From contig JAEOSI010000043.1 of the NCBI GenBank assembly GCA_016840425.1, forward strand, positions 1-12,409: a stretch of DNA of 12,409 nucleotides, in the 5' to 3' direction. Positions within the stretch are counted from its first letter, which is position 1, and each line of letters starts with the position of its first letter. The notes beneath the pieces are model-generated. The model was not told where the DNA came from, made no database searches, and saw only the letters and a program-made list of their open reading frames with translations. The position numbers and the translations under genes are program-made. This DNA is from Candidatus Wukongarchaeum yapensis (lineage in GTDB: Archaea > Asgardarchaeota > Wukongarchaeia > Wukongarchaeales > Wukongarchaeaceae). This document shows, in pieces, positions 6,850 through 12,409 of the stretch.

Positions 6850-7080
6850 TTGTGTCTTGCGGTGCCTGCTAAGATTGTTGAGATAAAGGAAGATAGTAAA
6901 GCTATTGTGGACTTTGGCGGCGTAGAACGTGAAGTTTCATTACAACTTGTAGGAGACAGGGCAAAAGTAGGAGCTTATGTTTTAGTTCATGTGGGATTTG
7001 CTATCGAAGTCATTGACGAAAAAGAAGCACAACAAACCCTTGAAATTTGGCAAGAAATAGAAGAATACCAAGAAATATGA
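6850..7080 (+). CDS. hypC: [NiFe]-hydrogenase maturation chaperone HypC/HybG/HupF
   Basis: Motifs (M)CLAVPAKIVEI, VDFGGVEREVSL and GAYVLVHVGFAI. TTG 6850 places Cys at position 2, and GAGTTGAT (6838-6845) matches the SD GAGGTGAT at 7 of 8 positions. Confidence 0.96.
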   Translation: MCLAVPAKIVEIKEDSKAIVDFGGVEREVSLQLVGDRAKVGAYVLVHVGFAIEVIDEKEAQQTLEIWQEIEEYQEI

Positions 7081-7088
7081 GGTAGGAT

Positions 7089-8381
7089 TTAGAGCAGATT
7101 TTGATGGTTTTCGTTCTCTTCAAAAATTCCCATTTTTACTATATTTTTTGCTATCATTCTATCCCCTATATCTTGGTCTATTATGGTTCCAGGCATGATT
7201 TTTGAATAAGCGCCTATTTTTTTCCCTGGATGTATGCTAACATTAGATCCGATTGCTGTACCTTCGCCTATTACCGCTCCAAATTTTTTGAGAGCCGTGT
7301 CCACTTCTCTACCATTTATGTTCATTTTAATCGTCTCATCTTTGTTAAAAGATACGTTAACCGTGGTTACTGCAGCGCCTATATCTGTGTTCCTTCCTAC
7401 AATGCTATCTCCGATGAAACATAGCCTTCCAAGCTTCGTGTTCTCCATCAAGATGCAATTTTTTAATTCAACTCCAAATCCTACTATTACGTTCCGTCCA
7501 ATATCCGTATACTCCCTAATGAGGCTATTATTTCCGATATATGCGTTTGGTCCTATGTAGCATGGCCCGATGATGCATGCTCCAGACCTTATATGAGCAC
7601 CAGCAGAGATTAATGCGGGTCCTTCTATCTTAACCCCTGACTCGACTTGTGCCCTTTTAGAAATTCTTGCTTCTTCTTTTTTTTCCATGATAATTTTGTT
7701 GGCTTTAAGAATATGCCAAGGGCAACCCACATCCACCCAGCTTTTCTCCCATATGGCGCCGTAAAATTCCACACCTTGATCTATCAGGTTTTGGATGACT
7801 TGATCCAACACGGGGGTTTTCTCTAACATTTTAAAAATTTCAGAGCGAAGGATATAGATTCCTGCTGCCACATAGTTTCCAGGCTCTCTGCCAGCAAGGG
7901 GTTTTTCTACAATTTTTTTCACTCTTCCCTCTTCATCAATGAGAACCGAACCGTAGTGTTCAGGTTTTTTTGCTAGTGTGAGGGCAATAGTCATACAATA
8001 ATCAAAATAGTTGTGAGTGTTAAGTGTCCTTGAAATTATGTCTTTCTCTGCAACGATATCGCCGTGAACTAAAATAAAAAATTCTTCTTGCTCAAGAAGG
8101 TTTTTAGCCTGAAGGATGGCGTCTTCTACTCCGCTAGGGGTTTCTTGGATTACGTAATTTATGTTGACACCAAAATCAAAACCGTTCCTAAAATAGTTAA
8201 TTATCTGTTCTTTTCTATATCCTACAACTATAACAATATCTTTAATCCCGCAATTCCTAAGTTTTTCAATGATTCTTTGCAGGATAGGTTTTCCTTGAAG
8301 CACTATCATGGGCTTGGGCATCGTGGAAGTTATGGGAGCTAAGTTTTCCCCCAAACCTGCACACAATATTAAAGCCTTCAT
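7089..8381 (-). CDS. Archaeal GlmU-like sugar-1-phosphate nucleotidyltransferase/acetyltransferase (NTase plus left-handed beta-helix) with degenerate active sites
   Basis: Motifs MKALILCAG, PKPM, VVGY, HGD, YG, VEKP, WVDVGxPW, hexapeptide repeats, GDSIVG and KFGAVIG. SD-like GAGGG upstream; adjacent to glmS. No symbol is given because function is doubtful. Confidence 0.9.
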   Translation of the reverse strand: MKALILCAGLGENLAPITSTMPKPMIVLQGKPILQRIIEKLRNCGIKDIVIVVGYRKEQIINYFRNGFDFGVNINYVIQETPSGVEDAILQAKNLLEQEEFFILVHGDIVAEKDIISRTLNTHNYFDYCMTIALTLAKKPEHYGSVLIDEEGRVKKIVEKPLAGREPGNYVAAGIYILRSEIFKMLEKTPVLDQVIQNLIDQGVEFYGAIWEKSWVDVGCPWHILKANKIIMEKKEEARISKRAQVESGVKIEGPALISAGAHIRSGACIIGPCYIGPNAYIGNNSLIREYTDIGRNVIVGFGVELKNCILMENTKLGRLCFIGDSIVGRNTDIGAAVTTVNVSFNKDETIKMNINGREVDTALKKFGAVIGEGTAIGSNVSIHPGKKIGAYSKIMPGTIIDQDIGDRMIAKNIVKMGIFEENENHQNLL

Positions 8382-8424
8382 TTTTCCCTCATCTCCTTGT
8401 GATTAAATAGTTTTAATTAAACTT

Positions 8425-10248
8425 TTAGGGCACTGTCACAGACTTTGCTAGGTTTCTGGGTTTGTCAGGATCATAGCCTCGCTTAACAGCAGTATAATAG
8501 GCTATCAACTGTAGAGGCACCACATATAATATGGGGGAAAAAGGCAAAGAGAAGCCTTGGGGCATGTCTAAAAATTGATGAGAGACCTGGGCAAGCTCTT
8601 TATCACCTTCTTCTCCCAAAGTTATTATGTAAGCGCCTCTTGCACGCATCTCCATGACGTTGCCGAGGATATCTTTCCTTGTAACATCATTTGGAGCAAT
8701 AAAAATCACGGGAAAACCTTCATCGACCAAGGCAATAGGACCGTGTTTACTTTCTCCAGCAGAATATCCTTCCGCGTGAATATAAGAGATTTCTTTAAGT
8801 TTTAAAGCTCCTTCTAGGGCCGTTGATACGCTAACCCCTCTCCCAAGATAAAACGCGTTACTTTTCTCTGCCAAGAAACTTGCCAACGATTTGGTTTTTA
8901 TTTCAAGCTTATTGATAACTTGATTTAGGGCTTGGGGCGTTTGGTTTAATTTTTCCCTAAAATTTTCCGTGTATGCGGGGGAATTTGTTCCAAAATTATC
9001 TAAAAGTTTTAAAGCGATCCTGGTGAAAGTTGTTAACTGAACTAGGAATGTTTTCGTTGCTGCCACTCCGATCTCTGGTCCTGCTTGGGTGTAGAAAACA
9101 AGGTCTGCTTCCCTTGTAATACCGCTTCCTAAAACGTTGGTTATAGCTAAAACTTTAGATTTTTTGCTTTGAGCATGGCGAATAGCCCTTAGAGTATCTA
9201 TTGTTTCCCCCGATTGACTAACCGCTATAACCACGTCATTCTCGCTTAAAGAGTTTCCAACAAGGTTGGCAAATTCTGACGAGATGATCGCTTGGGAGGG
9301 TATTCCGATCGTTTGACTTAACACGGATTGGGCGGCAAGTCCTGAATGGTAAGAGGTTCCTGCTGCCACGATATAAAGCTGTTCAGCCTGCGAAATAATC
9401 TCAGCAAACTTATCAATTGTTTGCTGTTTAAATTTTAAAGTGTCTCGTAAGGCCTTTGGTTGTTCGTGTATCTCTTTAAGCATAAAGTGAGGATAACCGC
9501 TTTTTGAGGCCATGTCAGCGGTCCAAGAAACGACAACAGGCTCCCTCTCAATTTTCAATCCGTTGACGTTTTCTATAGCAACTGATTCGGATCCTATTGT
9601 TGCTAATTCTCCATCGTGAAGAACTATCACCTTATTTGTCCAAAAAAGAAATGCTGGGATATCTGAAGCACAATAGTTTCCATCCTCACCCAGCCCGATA
9701 ACAAGGGGGCTCTCATTCCTAGCGCAATACAACCGCCCGGGATCCCTTGCACTAACAACAGCTAAAGCATAGGATCCTTCAAGTCTTCTAATTGTTTTTT
9801 TAATGGCTTCAAAGATCCCACAACCATTACTCATAAACTCCTCAATAAGGTGGGCAATGCACTCGGTATCTGTCTCGCTTTTAAAATTATGACCTTTAGA
9901 AGTTAACTCCTTGCGTAACTTGAGGAAATTTTCTATAACCCCATTATGTACAACGGCGATAGAATCTGAACAATCAAGATGGGGATGGGCATTTTCCCTT
10001 GAAGGAGCGCCATGTGTCGCCCATCTGGTGTGCGCTATTCCGAGGGGGCCTGGCAGTTCTTCGGGGTTAATCTGAACAAAAACTTCGTCAATTTTCCCTT
10101 TATCTTTTTCAAAATAAATGCGATTTTCATGAACTGTAGCGATACCACAAGAATCATAACCCCGATACTCTAAAGCTTTTAAAGCCCTATGTAGAATGTA
10201 AGTAATACCGCCCCCACTATGGGAAACGAAACCCACGATGCCGCACAT
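8425..10248 (-). CDS. glmS: Glutamine--fructose-6-phosphate transaminase (isomerizing)
   Basis: MCGIVG (catalytic Cys1 after Met removal, so the start is ATG 10248 and not 10263), LEYRGYDS, HTRWATHG, HNG, SQSGET, AATKT, EGALKLKE, KHGP and RNLAKSVTV. Confidence 0.97.
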   Translation of the reverse strand: MCGIVGFVSHSGGGITYILHRALKALEYRGYDSCGIATVHENRIYFEKDKGKIDEVFVQINPEELPGPLGIAHTRWATHGAPSRENAHPHLDCSDSIAVVHNGVIENFLKLRKELTSKGHNFKSETDTECIAHLIEEFMSNGCGIFEAIKKTIRRLEGSYALAVVSARDPGRLYCARNESPLVIGLGEDGNYCASDIPAFLFWTNKVIVLHDGELATIGSESVAIENVNGLKIEREPVVVSWTADMASKSGYPHFMLKEIHEQPKALRDTLKFKQQTIDKFAEIISQAEQLYIVAAGTSYHSGLAAQSVLSQTIGIPSQAIISSEFANLVGNSLSENDVVIAVSQSGETIDTLRAIRHAQSKKSKVLAITNVLGSGITREADLVFYTQAGPEIGVAATKTFLVQLTTFTRIALKLLDNFGTNSPAYTENFREKLNQTPQALNQVINKLEIKTKSLASFLAEKSNAFYLGRGVSVSTALEGALKLKEISYIHAEGYSAGESKHGPIALVDEGFPVIFIAPNDVTRKDILGNVMEMRARGAYIITLGEEGDKELAQVSHQFLDMPQGFSLPFSPILYVVPLQLIAYYTAVKRGYDPDKPRNLAKSVTVP

Positions 10249-10295
10249 TCTAAAGACCTTCAAAAAAAGAAACTTTATCTGCTGTAAGTTTATTC

Positions 10296-10310
10296 TTTTT
10301 TAAAGTTTTT
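10296..10310 (-). promoter_or_regulatory. Candidate BRE-TATA (AAAAAC TTTAAAAAA) for glmS
   Basis: TATA-like box about 55 nt upstream of ATG 10248; mirrors the + strand element at 10402-10418. Confidence 0.5.
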
Positions 10311-10340
10311 AAATAAATTTCAATTAGTGAATAGATTACT

Positions 10341-10356
10341 ATTTATTTAAATAAAT
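10341..10356. promoter_or_regulatory. Perfect 16-bp palindrome ATTTATTTAAATAAAT (candidate operator or bidirectional TATA)
   Basis: Self-complementary, and centred 100 nt from the glmS ATG and 102 nt from the GT-C GTG. Confidence 0.5.
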
Positions 10357-10401
10357 TACTGTTGTGCTTTTCCCATTTTTTATTTACTAAAATACGTCGT
10401 T

Positions 10402-10418
10402 AAAAAAGCTTTAAAAAA
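10402..10418 (+). promoter_or_regulatory. Candidate BRE-TATA (AAAAAAGC TTTAAAAAA) for the GT-C gene
   Basis: TATA-like box about 40 nt upstream of GTG 10451. Confidence 0.5.
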
Positions 10419-10450
10419 TAGTTTAAGGACCAATTAATCAGCAGAAGAAT

Positions 10451-12061
10451 GTGAATGTGATTTTTAGGAAGGATCATTCTTTGAGCTTTATTAAAAACAT
10501 TAATTTTTTAAAAAATAACAAGGAAAAAACAGTTCTTTTAATCATATTTACAGTTGCTTTTATTCTAAGAATAATAACGTCATTCCTTATAGCAACTAGC
10601 GGGGTAGATGATGCTTACACTTGGTGGATTCTTGCGGTTGAAACAAAGCATAACGACCTTGTTTATACGGATCCCTGGGGTGGCCATGATAAAATTTGGC
10701 CGCCTTTTTATGCAACTGTTTCTGCTTTTTTCATGATGATTTTTTTCTCTGAAAAAATCTGGATTCCAAAGCTTATAAGCGTTTTTTGTGGTGCGTATGC
10801 TGTGGCTTTAACCTACCTTATAACGAAGAAGATAGTGACAAGCGTTAATAAAGAGGGGTTAAAAAATTCTGGAAGAAGTATTATGGATAAGGCGCCTTTG
10901 GCTGCTGCTCTCCTCCTTGCTTTTAATCCATATCATATTTTTTACACTTCTAAGTCGATAAATGAACCGCTTTACAGCGCTTTATTATTGTCTGCTATAT
11001 ATTTTCTTTTGAAAGCGGAAAAGGCGAACAATTATATTTTTTTAACTGCTGTTTTCTTATTTTTTGCCAGTTTAACCCGTTATGAGATATGGGTTTTATT
11101 ACCGTTTTTTGCATGGATATCATTAAAGCAGGGGCGTTTAACTCTTACAAAGTTTTTTGCATCAGCAATAATAGTTTTATCAGGACCGTTTATTTGGATT
11201 CTGAGGCAACATTATGTTTATGGGTCGTGGAGGGATTTTATTGAGCATTATACGAGCGGGGGAGGGGCTTCTTCGAGTTCAGCGACAGGAGACCCGTTTC
11301 TTAACGCGTTATTTGTAATTTCCACAGCAGGAGTTATGACTTTTGGCATAGCATGGTTTACTTTAATATACGGCTGGAAAAAACTCACTGGATCAAAAAA
11401 GAAGGAAAAAGTTGTTAACGGTAATGGTATTATTAATTTTAGAGATTTTGAGGTGGTTTACGCGTTTTTTGTGGCGTATATTTTGTTAATGGTGGTTTCT
11501 GCAGCTTTAGGGGTTTTTCCAGCATGGGTACGTTACCACATAGCATATATTCCTACCGTGTTCATTATTTTCGGTATAGCGTTTGCTGAAAAAATCTTTC
11601 CACTTCTTCAAAAAATGAGCAAAAAAGCAAGCCTTTTTTCAAAAAGGGAGTTTTACGCAAGTCTTTTACTTGTACAGCTTTTACTTCTTCCAGCTTTTTC
11701 CCTTGAAGGAAAGCAACAAGACTCAATAATAGATGCAGGGGAGATCTTTGCAAGACAATATGAGGGAGGGACAATAATAAACGATCTCCCCTCCTTTATC
11801 TATGGAAGCGGTCTCCCCATTGAAAAATTCATTAGAAGTAGCGATATACCGGATGAAACATCTCTTTGGGGAGGATACCTCAAATCAGAAAATGTCACAT
11901 ATCTGGTATGGACCAACGCAGATTATGCAAAAATCAGCGACTTCGATGAAAACTTTATCAAAAACAATGAAACAGGGGTAGAATTCATCCTTATCTACTC
12001 AACAAACGAATCTACCTCCCGCATATGTAACGTATACAAAATCGTAGACTATGGGATTTAG
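10451..12061 (+). CDS. GT-C fold polytopic membrane glycosyltransferase (PMT_2/ArnT-like, lipid-linked sugar donor)
   Basis: About a dozen hydrophobic segments, an acidic DD pair in the first external loop (SGVDDAY), WPPFY, SINEPLY and LTRYE, with a soluble C-terminal domain. The start may be TTG 10481 (AGGAAGGA upstream). Substrate unknown. Confidence 0.8.
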   Translation: MNVIFRKDHSLSFIKNINFLKNNKEKTVLLIIFTVAFILRIITSFLIATSGVDDAYTWWILAVETKHNDLVYTDPWGGHDKIWPPFYATVSAFFMMIFFSEKIWIPKLISVFCGAYAVALTYLITKKIVTSVNKEGLKNSGRSIMDKAPLAAALLLAFNPYHIFYTSKSINEPLYSALLLSAIYFLLKAEKANNYIFLTAVFLFFASLTRYEIWVLLPFFAWISLKQGRLTLTKFFASAIIVLSGPFIWILRQHYVYGSWRDFIEHYTSGGGASSSSATGDPFLNALFVISTAGVMTFGIAWFTLIYGWKKLTGSKKKEKVVNGNGIINFRDFEVVYAFFVAYILLMVVSAALGVFPAWVRYHIAYIPTVFIIFGIAFAEKIFPLLQKMSKKASLFSKREFYASLLLVQLLLLPAFSLEGKQQDSIIDAGEIFARQYEGGTIINDLPSFIYGSGLPIEKFIRSSDIPDETSLWGGYLKSENVTYLVWTNADYAKISDFDENFIKNNETGVEFILIYSTNESTSRICNVYKIVDYGI

Positions 12062-12121
12062 AAAATAATATTGGAAACATAGTTTAAAAAATGATTAAAG
12101 ATTAATGGGCGATTTTAGAAG

Positions 12122-12136
12122 CGAAAAGTTTTATAG
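12122..12136 (+). promoter_or_regulatory. Strong BRE-TATA candidate (CGAAAAG TTTTATAG) for the GT2 gene
   Basis: Close match to the archaeal BRE plus TATA consensus; predicts a TSS near 12158. Confidence 0.65.
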
Positions 12137-12157
12137 CCATAAAACATAAATGCATGG

Positions 12158-12202
12158 ATGGCATTAATCTCTGTTTTGAAAATTTCTTTGATTTTGGTTT
12201 GA
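12158..12202 (+). other. Putative leaderless 14-codon uORF MALISVLKISLILV*
   Basis: Its ATG coincides with the predicted TSS, it is in frame with the GT2 ATG at 12218, and its TGA overlaps the GAGGAG SD. Confidence 0.3.
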
Positions 12203-12217
12203 GGAGAGAATCGCTTA

Positions 12218-12409
12218 ATGGGAGTTCTTGGAGCCACGTGGGCATTCATAGTTCTCATCGCCAAGATCGGGATCGTTTTTTGCAGTGTATGTCTTGCGGT
12301 TTACGGACTTAATATTTACATTTTAGCCTATCTTTCAGGGAAGGGAAAAGATCGATATCGGCAAAAGTATAAAAAGAAGCTTGAAAGATATCCGATGGTC
12401 ACGATACAG
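12218..12409 (+). CDS. Family 2 (cellulose-synthase-like) glycosyltransferase, N-terminal part (runs off the window end)
   Basis: Not in the ORF track; translated by hand: MGVLGATWAFIVLIAKIGIVFCSVCLAVYGLNIYILAYLSGKGKDRYRQKYKKKLERYPMVTIQ. This is a TM helix, a basic linker and the start of the PxVTIQ(LPxYNE) GT2 motif. GAGGAG SD at 12201-12206. Confidence 0.78.
   Translation, partial: MGVLGATWAFIVLIAKIGIVFCSVCLAVYGLNIYILAYLSGKGKDRYRQKYKKKLERYPMVTIQ

Noticed and set aside
8412-8421. 10-bp palindrome TTTAATTAAA between glmS and the GlmU-like gene
   Set aside because: All-AT and short; it may be an internal TATA for the GlmU-like gene, but the evidence is too thin to call.
7230-8805. + strand ORFs 7230-7424, 7234-7560, 8088-8342 and 8575-8805
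   Set aside because: Antisense shadows of the GlmU-like gene and glmS.
11565-11774. 69-aa - strand ORF inside the GT-C gene
   Set aside because: Antisense shadow with no supporting signals.
12200-12202. In-frame TGA upstream of the GT2 gene as a possible selenocysteine codon
   Set aside because: The context is not that of a redox selenoprotein, no SECIS is visible in the window, and a normal SD plus ATG follows.
1-12409. CRISPR arrays, IS/transposases, tRNA/rRNA, C/D-box sRNAs, defence systems
   Set aside because: By eye I found no regularly spaced repeats, terminal inverted repeats, cloverleafs or paired C/D boxes; a covariance-model scan was not run.

Overview
AT-rich archaeal chromosomal window; egsA, proteasome beta, UPF0179, NIP7 and a long-type FKBP mark it as archaeal, but the lineage cannot be fixed from sequence alone. 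Gene order: psmB (partial, -) | egsA, UPF0179, creatininase-fold protein (+) | NOP2/RsmB m5C methyltransferase, NIP7, FKBP as an overlapping operon (-) | CYTH/CyaB-like (+) | metallophosphoesterase (-) | solitary hypC (+) | glmS, GlmU-like (-) | GT-C membrane glycosyltransferase, GT2 glycosyltransferase (partial, +). I see no mobile element, CRISPR array, tRNA or rRNA. The main signal is three full-length proteins whose catalytic residues are specifically replaced while the fold motifs stay intact, so they are candidate pseudoenzymes. (1) A GlmU-like protein beside glmS is degenerate in both active sites, an architecture recalling GMPPA and eIF2B gamma/epsilon. (2) A creatininase-fold protein lacks 4 of 5 metal ligands. 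(3) An FKBP with a degenerate PPIase pocket and an acidic N-terminal tail is translationally coupled to nop2-nip7. Other signals are a palindromic back-to-back Shine-Dalgarno in a 28-bp divergent gap, a 16-bp palindrome centred in a mirror-image divergent promoter, a probable leaderless uORF in frame with the GT2 gene, a sharp synonymous-codon switch inside the GT-C gene, and a possibly long proteasome propeptide. All motif comparisons were made by eye against remembered family consensus; no alignments or searches were run.
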